The notes: generated from the sequence alone by a model not told the origin. 64,000 nt of DNA from an uncultured Flavobacteriales bacterium (GCA_937875855.1 CALFHF010000222.1:15353-79352); one strand, 5' to 3'; shown: positions 28,672-38,270, counted from the first letter of the stretch. Translations and numbers: made by a program.

Positions 28672-30426
28672 ATGGACTTATATTTGCCCATTCAATTTAA
28701 AATGGACGAAATGGCACTTCAAGAGGAGATTGCGAAACGAGTTGAATTATGGAAAAGTGATGCCTTTGACCAAGAAAGTCATGAGGCCATATCTATTCTT
28801 GAAAAGCAGCCCGATGAATTAGCCGAGGCTTTTTATAAGGACCTTGAATTCGGGACGGGAGGATTGAGAGGTCTTATGGGTGTGGGGCCTAACCGTATGA
28901 ACCGCTACACCGTAGGAGCTGCTACCCAAGGACTGGCTAACTATATCTTGGAAAGAGCTAGCTCGCCTTCTGTAGCCATTGCTTATGACTCCCGAAATCA
29001 AAGTGACTTCTTCGCTGCTGTGGCCGCTGATGTACTGGCATCTAATGGTATCACTGTTTATCTTTTCGATGAACTCAGACCCACTCCCTTGCTCAGTTTT
29101 ACAGTGCGAGAATTGAACTGTATAGGCGGTATAGTGATCACAGCTTCGCATAACCCTAAGGAGTACAATGGGTATAAAGTTTATTGGGAAGACGGAGGTC
29201 AATTAGTCCCTCCGCACGATAAAGGAATCATCACCGAGGTTAGAAAGGTAGACAGTCCCGTTAAAGTGAAAAACGGATTGAACAGTGAGCTGGTCAAAGC
29301 AGTTCCAGCAAAAGTAGAACAAGCCTATTATGCGATGGTCGAGGGTCTTTTGAAATTGCCAAAAGATCATGTAGGCAAGAAAGAATTGAAGATCCTTTTT
29401 ACTTCCTTGCATGGAACCGGAATCACTATGATTCCAAAAGCATTGGAAAATGCAGGATTCTCCAATGTCCATATCCTTGCGTCTCAAGCTAGCCCAGATG
29501 GCAATTTCCCCACTGTGAAATCTCCGAATCCTGAGGAGCGATCAGCGATGACCTTAGCTATGGAAGAGGCAGATAAAATTCAAGCCGATATCATTCTAGG
29601 CACTGACCCTGATACAGATCGCGTGGGAATGGGTGTCAGGAATGTGAAAGGTGAAATGGAATTGCTGAATGGTAACCAAGCTGCAGCATTGCTCATTCAT
29701 TATCTCCTTGCGGTGATGAGGGCGAATGGAGAAAGTTTCAAAGGTCGCTTCATTGCCAAGACTATTGTCACCTCTGAATTGCTCAAAGAGATTGCAGACA
29801 AAGAAGGTGTGAATTGCTATGACACGCTTACAGGGTTTAAGTATATAGCTGATCTCATACGTAATCTTGAAGGAAAGGAGCGCTTCATTGCTGGTGGCGA
29901 AGAGAGCTATGGATATCTTATAGGTGATGAGGTGAGAGATAAGGATGCTGTTTTAAGCACGGTTATGCTATGCGAGATGGCCGCTTGGGCAAGAGGAAAT
30001 AGTAAATCAGTGAGAGAACTCTTATTCCAGATTTATAAGGAAGTTGGCATGTACAGAGAAAGCCTAATTTCTATCACCAAGAAAGGAATGCGCGGTGCGA
30101 AGGAGATTCAAGAACTCATGAACGGGTATAGAACTTCACCTCCATCTGAGATTGCTGGTTCTAAGGTTATTCGTGTTGCTGATTATCTGAAGTCTACAGA
30201 TAAGGATTTGAAGACTGGGGCTTCAGTGAATATAGATTTGCCGAGTTCCAATGTCATCCAACTTTGGCTGGCTGACGGCACGAAGATTACGGCTCGTCCT
30301 TCAGGTACTGAGCCTAAGATTAAGTACTACGTAAGTGTGAAAGCGAAAGCGGAAGCGGATTTGGAATCGGCTTGGAATACTGTCGGAAATCGAATTGCGG
30401 AGATAGAAAAAGACTTAGGACTCTGA
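28672..30426 (+). CDS. Phosphoglucomutase/phosphomannomutase-family phospho-sugar mutase
   Basis: The catalytic loop ITASHNPKEYNGYK, the metal loop GTDPDTDRVG and the sugar loop GGEESYGYL are present. Alternative Met starts lie at 28702 and 28711. Confidence 0.9.
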   Translation: MDLYLPIQFKMDEMALQEEIAKRVELWKSDAFDQESHEAISILEKQPDELAEAFYKDLEFGTGGLRGLMGVGPNRMNRYTVGAATQGLANYILERASSPSVAIAYDSRNQSDFFAAVAADVLASNGITVYLFDELRPTPLLSFTVRELNCIGGIVITASHNPKEYNGYKVYWEDGGQLVPPHDKGIITEVRKVDSPVKVKNGLNSELVKAVPAKVEQAYYAMVEGLLKLPKDHVGKKELKILFTSLHGTGITMIPKALENAGFSNVHILASQASPDGNFPTVKSPNPEERSAMTLAMEEADKIQADIILGTDPDTDRVGMGVRNVKGEMELLNGNQAAALLIHYLLAVMRANGESFKGRFIAKTIVTSELLKEIADKEGVNCYDTLTGFKYIADLIRNLEGKERFIAGGEESYGYLIGDEVRDKDAVLSTVMLCEMAAWARGNSKSVRELLFQIYKEVGMYRESLISITKKGMRGAKEIQELMNGYRTSPPSEIAGSKVIRVADYLKSTDKDLKTGASVNIDLPSSNVIQLWLADGTKITARPSGTEPKIKYYVSVKAKAEADLESAWNTVGNRIAEIEKDLGL

Positions 30427-31854
30427 GCTGTGGCTCATGCGGAAGAGGTCATTGATTGTCTTCACTGGAGTAAACGTGCTGATAGGCACTTCTACAAAAA
30501 GCGTGTTCCAATCAGCCATCGCGCCATTCCATAACCCAGGCCATTCAAGCACAGCTATGTCTCTTCCTTCAAAATTCTTCGTAGTCACGAAGGCTGCTTC
30601 TTGATCTCTGAATGGAAGTATGCTCCTCTGATTTCCAGCAAGGTCTTTCGTGCAACATACCAGATCTACAGGATTGAAATGTGTACCTTCTTTCATCTTA
30701 CGCCACTGATCAGGGTCATCATGATTTACTTGGGCGCTTTCTACGATTTGCAAGGTTCTATATCCTGAGCGCTGAACCCAGAACGGACCTCCGCCAGGTT
30801 CTCCTTGATTCCGCACCATTCCGCACACTCTGAAAGGTCTGTCGAGTAGGTTCTTCAGGCTTTGCAATGAGACATCTTTATTCTCGTCTATATCTAGACC
30901 AAGCTCACTCAGTAGTCTTCTCGCTTTCGATAAGGCCAATTCTGTGGCGTCTATCTCCAAGTCCTTGAGCACTGCTCTTGCTTCCTCCCTCACTTGAATG
31001 AGTAGTCCTGCAAGTGCTTTCTTATAGAGCAATGTATCTGCCTTGAAACGATCAGGGGCTACATTATCTACATTCTTGATGAAGAGAATATCAGCATCTA
31101 TGTCATTCAAGTTATGGATCAATGAACCATGTCCTCCTGGTCTTAAAAGCAGACTTCCGTCAATATGCTTGACTAAAGATCCATCAATTTCTAGAGCGAA
31201 TGTGTCTGTAGCAGGATCTTGAACGCTATACTCCACATCAAAGGTCACACCGTAACGTTCTCCATAGGTTTCAGTCCATTTCTGCATCTTCTTTTTCACA
31301 GCATCCATGTGCATAGGAGCAATGGTAAAATGCAGATGGACTTTTCCGTCAGAGATCGCATAGGCTGTCCCTTCCACTAAATGTTCTTCAAAAGCGGCTC
31401 TACTTCCTTCCGTATAACGGTGAAAAGGAATGGTTCCCTTAGGTGCATGTTGCAACTTTAATTCCTCAAAGAGCAGAGAAAAAAGCGCTTCGTCAGATTG
31501 AGGTAAAGGGAGTTCTTGGAATAAAGCCAAGGAAGGATAACGTTCCTTGAATCTTCGCGTAGTATCAGAGCTGACCTCTTCTTTCCAATCTTTCAAAAGC
31601 TCGCTGAACATACGTGTAGCTGCCCCAGAGGCCGGCACGAATTTCATCACCTTCAAATCCTTTCGCTGATCATACAAGGAAGCAAGTCTATTTACCTCCG
31701 AAGATTCTAATAAATGTATTCCATCACCTATGGATGCAGACTCAGCGAGCAAGATGGTTTTGGTTCCTCGCTTTAGCAATGCCAATTGCTCCGCAGCACG
31801 CTTTTCTGTCACTCCTTTTTCGAGCAAGGCATGAAGAAGAGTATCGCTATGCAT
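30415..31854 (-). CDS. Uncharacterised protein with UDP-sugar pyrophosphorylase (UDPGP)-like motifs, possibly DUF4301-type
   Basis: The ordered motifs VPASGAATRMF, LRPGGHGSL and FIKNVDNV parallel LNGGLGTSMG, PPGHGD and NIDNLG of UDPGP enzymes. The ATG at 31854 is preferred over the TTG at 31866. The 3' end overlaps the mutase gene by 12 nt, convergently. Confidence 0.5.
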   Translation of the reverse strand: MHSDTLLHALLEKGVTEKRAAEQLALLKRGTKTILLAESASIGDGIHLLESSEVNRLASLYDQRKDLKVMKFVPASGAATRMFSELLKDWKEEVSSDTTRRFKERYPSLALFQELPLPQSDEALFSLLFEELKLQHAPKGTIPFHRYTEGSRAAFEEHLVEGTAYAISDGKVHLHFTIAPMHMDAVKKKMQKWTETYGERYGVTFDVEYSVQDPATDTFALEIDGSLVKHIDGSLLLRPGGHGSLIHNLNDIDADILFIKNVDNVAPDRFKADTLLYKKALAGLLIQVREEARAVLKDLEIDATELALSKARRLLSELGLDIDENKDVSLQSLKNLLDRPFRVCGMVRNQGEPGGGPFWVQRSGYRTLQIVESAQVNHDDPDQWRKMKEGTHFNPVDLVCCTKDLAGNQRSILPFRDQEAAFVTTKNFEGRDIAVLEWPGLWNGAMADWNTLFVEVPISTFTPVKTINDLFRMSHSSES

Positions 31855-31993
31855 GGATTCTGACAAGGTAGAAAATGGGTATTTGCGGGTGCAAATGTAG
31901 GGCTTTACTCATTTATTGGTAGAAGAAGCCCAGAAGTCCCACATACTATGACCTCAGCGATATTACTATAGTATCTTCGTCTCCCATAAATCA

Positions 31994-33274
31994 ATGACTA
32001 TGCGTCCTGATAGCCATACATATGCACTAAGCGCTGATGAGAAGGATGAGCTGAGAGACTTTCGTCTTCAGTTCCATGTTCCTCACTTCGAGGATAAAGA
32101 ATGCGTCTACCTGACAGGAAACTCATTAGGCCTTCAGCCTAAAGGCCTTAAGAAGTATTTGGAGGAGGAGATGGAAGACTGGGCTAAGTTCGGAGTGGAA
32201 GGACACTTTCAGGCTCGGAGACCTTGGGTGAGCTATCATGAGCCATTTGCAGAGCCACTGTCGCGTATTGTCGGGGCGAAGGAAGAAGAAGTGGTGGCTA
32301 TGGGAAGCCTCACTGCAAATCTGCATTTCCTCATGGCTTCTTTTTATGCTCCTAAGGGAAAAAGATGCAAAATTATATGTGAGAAAAAAGCCTTTCCCAG
32401 TGATGCCTATGCCTTACAATCCCAGGCAAAGCTCCACGGTCTGGACCCTGCTGAGGTCATCATTGAAGTAAGTCCTAGAGCAGGGGAGTACCTGATTCAT
32501 ATAGAAGACATACTGCAGGCCATTCGAACCCATGGTGATGAGTTGGCCTTAGTTATGATAGGCGGGGTAAATTATTACTCAGGTCAGGTATTCGACATGA
32601 AGCGAATCACTGAAGCGGGACATGCTGTGGGCGCCAAAGTAGGGTTCGATCTTGCCCATGCCGTTGGAAATGTCTTGCTTTCACTACATGATTGGCGCGT
32701 TGATTTCGCGGCATGGTGCAGCTATAAATACTTGAACTCAGGTCCAGGAGGTGTTGCAGGTATATACGTGCATGAAGATCATGCGCAGAACAAAGACTTG
32801 CTGAGATTAGCAGGATGGTGGGGACATGATAAAGAGCGTAGGTTCCTGATGGAGCCTGACTTTGATCCTATTCCTACAGCCGAAAGCTGGCAAGTGAGTA
32901 ATGCTCCTGTGTTTGCTTTGGCCTGTCATAAAGCAGCACTAGATCAACATGATAAAGCGGGAATGAGCGCATTGCGCAAGAAAAGTTTGGCGCTTACTTC
33001 TTTCCTTGAAAAAGTCATCAAAGAAGTGGCCGAAGACCAAGGCGACAACGGATTCGAAATCATCACACCAACAGATCCTAATCAACGCGGATCACAATTA
33101 TCCATCTTAGTTCACGGGCACGGAAAACCCTTGTTCGATAAACTGTCTGATCAAGGGGTGATTGCTGATTGGAGAGAGCCCAATGTCATACGCATTGCTC
33201 CTGTGCCTATATATAATTCCTTTATGGATTGCTACCGTTTCGGGGAGGCTTTGGAAAAAGCATTGAAGGCCTAA
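31994..33274 (+). CDS. kynU: Kynureninase
   Basis: LTGNSLGLQPK and the PLP-lysine context WCSYKYLNSGPGG are present. The 426-aa size fits. Confidence 0.85.
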   Translation: MTMRPDSHTYALSADEKDELRDFRLQFHVPHFEDKECVYLTGNSLGLQPKGLKKYLEEEMEDWAKFGVEGHFQARRPWVSYHEPFAEPLSRIVGAKEEEVVAMGSLTANLHFLMASFYAPKGKRCKIICEKKAFPSDAYALQSQAKLHGLDPAEVIIEVSPRAGEYLIHIEDILQAIRTHGDELALVMIGGVNYYSGQVFDMKRITEAGHAVGAKVGFDLAHAVGNVLLSLHDWRVDFAAWCSYKYLNSGPGGVAGIYVHEDHAQNKDLLRLAGWWGHDKERRFLMEPDFDPIPTAESWQVSNAPVFALACHKAALDQHDKAGMSALRKKSLALTSFLEKVIKEVAEDQGDNGFEIITPTDPNQRGSQLSILVHGHGKPLFDKLSDQGVIADWREPNVIRIAPVPIYNSFMDCYRFGEALEKALKA

Positions 33275-33284
33275 TCTTCTTTCT

Positions 33285-33665
33285 TCAAAGGAATTTATAT
33301 CCTCTTTGAAAAGACACGAAGACTAAGAGACAAAGCAAAACACTCAGGATAATATTCAAGGCCAAGAGGCCCATATCTCCTTGCTTTATTAATTGAAAAT
33401 TCTCCAAGGAGAACGTGGAAAACGTGGAGAACCCACCACAGAATCCTACGAGGATAAAGAGCCTTTGCCAAGAACCTTCTTCAAGACGCGAAGACGCGTA
33501 TATCAGGAATGCCGCCATGACTATACAGCTTAGCACATTGGCACTTAGTGTAGCCATAGGAAACCTAGTTTCCGTGGCGCGAATTACCAGCAAAGAGATT
33601 GCGTAGCGACATAAACTACCAAGTCCTCCGCCTATGAAAACTGCTATGAATCCGGTCAGTTGCAT
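33285..33665 (-). CDS. crcB: Fluoride ion channel CrcB/FluC
   Basis: GGGLGSLCRY and GFCGGFSTFSTF are present in a 126-aa protein with 4 TM segments. Confidence 0.9.
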   Translation of the reverse strand: MQLTGFIAVFIGGGLGSLCRYAISLLVIRATETRFPMATLSANVLSCIVMAAFLIYASSRLEEGSWQRLFILVGFCGGFSTFSTFSLENFQLIKQGDMGLLALNIILSVLLCLLVFVSFQRGYKFL

Positions 33666-34262
33666 CTATCTTCTGTTAAGTTCATCCAGACCAATTTTCC
33701 CCTTGCTCTTCCGCACCGTATATCCATTCAGCTGATAAAGCATCCTACCTATCACCACTCCAAGAAGGCCTCCGAACAGAATATCTGCAGGATAATGAAG
33801 TCCTAAGTATACTCTAGAATAAGCGATGAGTGCTGCCCAGGTCAATAGCAAGATTGTGGCGTTCCGTTTTTTCATAAACGAGGCCAGTAGGGTAGTCAAA
33901 CCGAAATAGTTAGCGGCATGCCCAGACACGAAACTGAATCCGCTTCCACAATGGCCATGAAAGGTGTGCACCATGCCTTTCAAATCCAGATTATTGCAAG
34001 GCCGGTATCTGGCGAAATATTGCTTGAGCACAGTACTTGAAAGTTGATCACAGAAGAGAATTGTAAGCGCTACCAGCAACGCGAACCATCCCATATTCTT
34101 CCAGCCGAAACTGCGTTGCACGATGTAGAAAAGGAGGAGGTAAAGCGGAATCCAGAAGAGCTTATTGCTCACCTGCATCATGATAGGGTCTAGCCAATCA
34201 GCATGAAAACTGTTTAAATAGAGAAAGAGATTTTGGTCAATGGACTCGATCTTTTCAATCAT
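33666..34262 (-). CDS. PAP2-family phosphatase
   Basis: The three PAP2 motifs are present: KQYFARYRP, SFVSGH and SRVYLGLHYPAD. Confidence 0.85.
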   Translation of the reverse strand: MIEKIESIDQNLFLYLNSFHADWLDPIMMQVSNKLFWIPLYLLLFYIVQRSFGWKNMGWFALLVALTILFCDQLSSTVLKQYFARYRPCNNLDLKGMVHTFHGHCGSGFSFVSGHAANYFGLTTLLASFMKKRNATILLLTWAALIAYSRVYLGLHYPADILFGGLLGVVIGRMLYQLNGYTVRKSKGKIGLDELNRR

Positions 34263-34335
34263 GGATCTTCGCTTTGGAAAGAGTGGATTCGAGATTAATT
34301 CGCTCCAAAGAAACGATTTCCGAATTCATGCAGGA

Positions 34336-35325
34336 TCAGGCCTCTATGGTCTTCCAGATAAGGTCTTTCAACTTATCCAGATTCTCCCCGGTAACTGCTG
34401 AGATGAACACATACGGAATGGCAGGTAAATCTCTAGCCATAGCATCACGTAATTCTTGATCAGCTAGGTCACTTTTCGTTATGGCGAGCAAACGTTGCTT
34501 GTCCAGTAATTCAGGATTGTACATCTCTAATTCCTTGTACAAGATGCGATACTGATCATGTATGTCAGCACTGTCAGCGGGAATAGTGAAAAGCAAGACA
34601 GAGTTGCGCTCTATGTGCCTCAAGAAACGCAATCCCAGTCCTTTTCCAAGATGCGCATTCTCTATGATTCCAGGAATATCTGCCATGACGAACGAACGCT
34701 CTCCACGATAGGGTACGATACCCAGATTTGGCGTCAAAGTGGTGAATTCGTAATCTGCTATTTCAGGCTTGGCTGCTGAGATGGATGCGAGCAAAGTAGA
34801 TTTTCCCACATTTGGGAAGCCCACCAGACCTACGTCAGCGAGGACTTTAAGTTCAAGCACTCTCCAGTACTCCTCTCCCAATATTCCAGGTTGTGAGAAA
34901 CGCGGAGTCTGCATAGTAGGTGAGCGAAAATGAAAATTCCCTCTTCCACCTTGTCCACCCGGAGCTATAATCCATTCTTCTCCTTCTTCGGTGATTTCAT
35001 GTAGAATCTCATCCGTCTCAGGGTCACGCACCACCGTTCCCATAGGGACCTCTATAAATTCATCATTGCCATCAGCTCCTGTGCACAGGTCACCTGAGCC
35101 TGAACCACCATGATCAGCCTTCACGTGCTTTCGGTATTTCAGGTGAAGAAGTGTCCAGAATTGCTTGTTACCGCGCAGGATGATATGGCCACCTCTTCCT
35201 CCATCACCACCATCAGGGCCTCCCTTGGAGGTAATCTTACTGCGATGAAGATGCGTGGATCCGGGACCTCCATTTCCTGAACGGAGGTTAATCTTCACAT
35301 AGTCAACAAAATTTGCGCTCGACAT
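34336..35325 (-). CDS. obg: GTPase Obg/CgtA
   Basis: A glycine-rich Obg fold (GGDGGRGG) is followed by the G-domain motifs [10 protein letters not shown] and DIPGIIE. Confidence 0.95.
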   Translation of the reverse strand: MSSANFVDYVKINLRSGNGGPGSTHLHRSKITSKGGPDGGDGGRGGHIILRGNKQFWTLLHLKYRKHVKADHGGSGSGDLCTGADGNDEFIEVPMGTVVRDPETDEILHEITEEGEEWIIAPGGQGGRGNFHFRSPTMQTPRFSQPGILGEEYWRVLELKVLADVGLVGFPNVGKSTLLASISAAKPEIADYEFTTLTPNLGIVPYRGERSFVMADIPGIIENAHLGKGLGLRFLRHIERNSVLLFTIPADSADIHDQYRILYKELEMYNPELLDKQRLLAITKSDLADQELRDAMARDLPAIPYVFISAVTGENLDKLKDLIWKTIEA

Positions 35326-35328
35326 ATT

Positions 35329-36447
35329 TTAAGCTTGCATCGCCTCCTCTAATCTTGAAGCTATGGCTTCAATACTTCCTATACCGTCTATGGCTACGAA
35401 GCGGCCTTGAGCCTGATAAAATTCAGCCAGAATAGCGGTAGCTTGGTTATAGACTTTGATTCTATTTCTGATAATGCTTTCATCCTGATCATCAGGACGG
35501 CCGCTGTCTTTACCGCGTTCAAGAAGGCGTGTTACGAGCTCTTCTTCAGCCACATCTAAAGCCAACATCTTGAAAACGCCTGTTTTCTTACGGGCAAGGA
35601 ATGCATCCAATGCCTCAGCCTGGGCCACTGTTCTTGGGAAACCATCGAACACGAATCCCTTCGCCTCAGGATGTTCTTCCACTACTGCTTCGAGCATGCG
35701 AATAGTTACATCATCTGGGACTAATTCCCCTTTGTCCATATAGCTCTTAGCTAATTTTCCTAATTCTGTTTCTCCCTTGATGTTCTTTCTAAAGATGTCA
35801 CCAGTAGAAAGGTGGACCAACCCAAATTTCTTGATCAAAATCTCAGACTGAGTTCCTTTTCCAGCTCCCGGAGGTCCGAATAGGATGATGTTCTTCATAG
35901 GATTCTCGTTTTCAGGGATCAATTCGTAAATATCATCTAAGTTCCTTCCCAGCCCATCATAGTCTAGTCCATAACCCACTAGGAAATCATTAGGAACTTC
36001 CAGCGCTACGTGGTCTATTTCGAACTTGCGGGTATACGCATCAGGCTTGAACAGCAGGGTGGCTATGATGATGCGCTTAGCACCACGTCCTTCTAGGTCA
36101 TAAAGAATCTGCTCCACGGTTCTTCCTGTGTCCACTATGTCCTCTACTACCACCACTACGCGCCCAGCCACATTTTCATCAAGGCCTATGAGACGCTTCA
36201 CCTCGCCTGTCGAACGCGTGCCCTCATAACTGGCCACCTTCACAAAGCTCACGTTACACGGAGCCTCATAGTAGGAAACCAAATCAGCAACGAAACGGAA
36301 ACATCCATTGAGCACACCAAGAAACAGGGGTACTTCATCACCTATGTCCTTCTTCATATGCGAGGCCATAGCAGCTATGGCAGCCTGAATATGGTCTGAA
36401 GGAATCTTAAGCTTGAAATGCTTATCGTGTAATTGTACGGTCTTCAC
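35329..36447 (-). CDS. Single ORF encoding hypoxanthine phosphoribosyltransferase (aa 1-183) fused in frame to adenylate kinase (aa 184-372)
   Basis: The N-terminal half has the PRPP loop VVVVEDIVDTGRT and VGYGLDY. The C-terminal half starts MKNIILFGPPGAGKGTQ (ATG at 35898). No stop codon separates the two halves. Confidence 0.85.
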   Translation of the reverse strand: MKTVQLHDKHFKLKIPSDHIQAAIAAMASHMKKDIGDEVPLFLGVLNGCFRFVADLVSYYEAPCNVSFVKVASYEGTRSTGEVKRLIGLDENVAGRVVVVVEDIVDTGRTVEQILYDLEGRGAKRIIIATLLFKPDAYTRKFEIDHVALEVPNDFLVGYGLDYDGLGRNLDDIYELIPENENPMKNIILFGPPGAGKGTQSEILIKKFGLVHLSTGDIFRKNIKGETELGKLAKSYMDKGELVPDDVTIRMLEAVVEEHPEAKGFVFDGFPRTVAQAEALDAFLARKKTGVFKMLALDVAEEELVTRLLERGKDSGRPDDQDESIIRNRIKVYNQATAILAEFYQAQGRFVAIDGIGSIEAIASRLEEAMQA

Positions 36448-36534
36448 ATTGTGGTTCTGGGCCCGCGAAGGTAAGCATTAGGCTATATCTCATGGGAAAC
36501 AGAATCTAAGAAGCCCAATAGCTTGAATTAGGAA

Positions 36535-36753
36535 GTGAAAGCTCACCTGAAAAAAGCAAGTATATCACACCTCCTTTTCTTAAGAGTTGGGCGCCCGAGC
36601 GGGCTATACATTACAGCCGCATCAGGCCTGGGCGTATTCATGGCCGGTATAGGAGCTTCTTATGTGGCTCTATCCCAGCTCATGGAATACAGCCCATCCC
36701 TTTCTGCAGCTTCCATTGCTATCCTTGGCGCGAGGGCATTATATTTTTTTTGA
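36535..36753 (+). CDS. Small hypothetical membrane protein (weak call)
   Basis: The 72-aa ORF has a GTG start, two hydrophobic segments and a local GC rise. No homology is recognisable. Confidence 0.25.
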   Translation: MKAHLKKASISHLLFLRVGRPSGLYITAASGLGVFMAGIGASYVALSQLMEYSPSLSAASIAILGARALYFF

Positions 36754-37112
36754 CGTGTATACTAGCCAAGCGTATCCCCGCTTTGCAGCATTTGTAATGC
36801 TGCGTTATGTGAAGCTAGGGTCTTTGACCCTTGTTTAATCAAGCATATATTCAAAATCCCAACGGGTTGCAAACCCTATAATCTGTTATCGAAACATTGC
36901 AAATGCTTCGAAGCGGGTTTTCTTGAAGTTGGGAGAATGAAAATTTAAATGGGGATGGAAATGAAAATGTTCTTCAAGAGCATAGATCCCATGTAGAGAA
37001 TAAAAGGGTAACGAGGTGAAAGAAAGTTTCTAGTGATCAGTGCCTGATGACCAGAGACTAAAAAAGTTCTTGGTACACTTCTTCGTTCATCTCCTTACAC
37101 CTTTCCAAGCCT

Positions 37113-37120
37113 TACCTTTG
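37113..37120 (+). promoter_or_regulatory. Candidate -7 promoter box (TACCTTTG)
   Basis: The sequence matches TAnnTTTG and lies immediately upstream of the Met cluster at 37124/37127/37133. Confidence 0.35.
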
Positions 37121-37123
37121 AGC

Positions 37124-37912
37124 ATGATGAGTATGAAAGCAACATTGGACACTGGGATTCGGAGCATCTCGGTGGATCTAGGGAGACCTCTTCCTATCAG
37201 CATTCGCATGCGACACGGGAAGGTGAATCCTGTAGCCTGGTATGCCCCCTATCCTAGTTTTGAACCCGTGAGAATGGATGGGTTCGTGGGCTCTGTTTCT
37301 GAAGGTGGAAGCGTGAATACACGTGATATCAAGTTCAATCCTCATGGGAACGGTACGCATACGGAGTGCATTGGTCATATCACGGAGGAAGTGCATGAAG
37401 TGGATGAGTATATCCGTGATTTCATGCATATCGCGCAGCTGATTACCGTGAAACCAAGTGTATTGGAAAAAGATATTTCTGAGTTCATGAAAGCTGGGGA
37501 TCATGTCATCATGCCCACTGATCTGCAGGACGTGAACATTGCGGGTGATGTGAAAGCTCTTGTTCTCAGAACCAGCCCGAATAGCGATGAGAAATTGACC
37601 AAGGTCTATACAGGGTCTAATCCCTGCTACATGCATCCACTGGCTATGAAGTTGATTCGGGAAATGGGGATTGAACATGTTCTACTGGATCTTCCTAGCG
37701 TGGATCGGGAAAGTGATGGTGGGAAAATGCTTGCTCACAGAGCCTTTTGGTATGACGAGAACGGCAATGCCCGCATGCACGCAAGCATCACGGAGATGGT
37801 CTATGTGCCTAATCGTATACAAGATGGGGAATACCTCTTGAACCTGATGATCTCCCCTTTCGGGAATGATGCGGCTCCTAGTAAACCCACGCTCTATAGC
37901 ATACACTCTTGA
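37124..37912 (+). CDS. Cyclase-family metal-dependent hydrolase (kynurenine/aryl-formamidase-like)
   Basis: The motif HGNGTHTECIGH resembles the cyclase-family HxGTHxDxPxH. The track ORF begins at a GTG at 37040. The promoter box at 37113 suggests a start at 37124-37133. Confidence 0.55.
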   Translation: MMSMKATLDTGIRSISVDLGRPLPISIRMRHGKVNPVAWYAPYPSFEPVRMDGFVGSVSEGGSVNTRDIKFNPHGNGTHTECIGHITEEVHEVDEYIRDFMHIAQLITVKPSVLEKDISEFMKAGDHVIMPTDLQDVNIAGDVKALVLRTSPNSDEKLTKVYTGSNPCYMHPLAMKLIREMGIEHVLLDLPSVDRESDGGKMLAHRAFWYDENGNARMHASITEMVYVPNRIQDGEYLLNLMISPFGNDAAPSKPTLYSIHS

Positions 37913-38268
37913 ACATAGAGGACTATAGAAGCTATTGCCTTTCTATGCCCGGCACCTCTGAAGGATTTCCTTTTGATGATCGCGTTTTGGTCTTTAAAGT
38001 GGGTGGAAAAATATTTGCCCTCATTGACATAGAAACCGCTGAGTATGTGAATCTGAAATGTGATCCTCTGCGGGCTATTGACCTGAGGGAGCGTCATGCG
38101 GCCGTGAGACCGGGTTATCATATGAATAAGGAGCATTGGAACTCGGTCTATATCAAGGAATTAGGAGATCAGGCCTTGCTCAAGGAATGGACAGACCATT
38201 CCTATGAGCTCATATTCAAGAGCTTGAAGAAAGCATTACAACAAGAGATCAAGGATATGGCCCAATAG
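37909..38268 (+). CDS. MmcQ/YjbR-family protein
   Basis: The N-terminus IEDYRSYCLSMPGTSEGFPFD..LVFKVGGKIFA and the 119-aa size fit the family. The TTG start overlaps the upstream TGA as TTGA. Confidence 0.7.
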   Translation: MNIEDYRSYCLSMPGTSEGFPFDDRVLVFKVGGKIFALIDIETAEYVNLKCDPLRAIDLRERHAAVRPGYHMNKEHWNSVYIKELGDQALLKEWTDHSYELIFKSLKKALQQEIKDMAQ

Positions 38269-38270
38269 GG

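Noticed and set aside
34263-34335. A possible fluoride riboswitch upstream of the PAP2-crcB pair. The region contains a CTTTGGA...TCCAAAG inverted repeat.
   Set aside because: The conserved crcB-motif elements (GGCGATG-type 5' segment, CTAATGA..CC 3' segment) are not present. The hairpin also lacks a T-run, so it is not a clean obg terminator either.
37178-37906. Minus-strand ORFs of 166 and 74 aa.
   Set aside because: They are antisense to the cyclase-family gene and have no recognisable motifs, signal peptide or promoter context.
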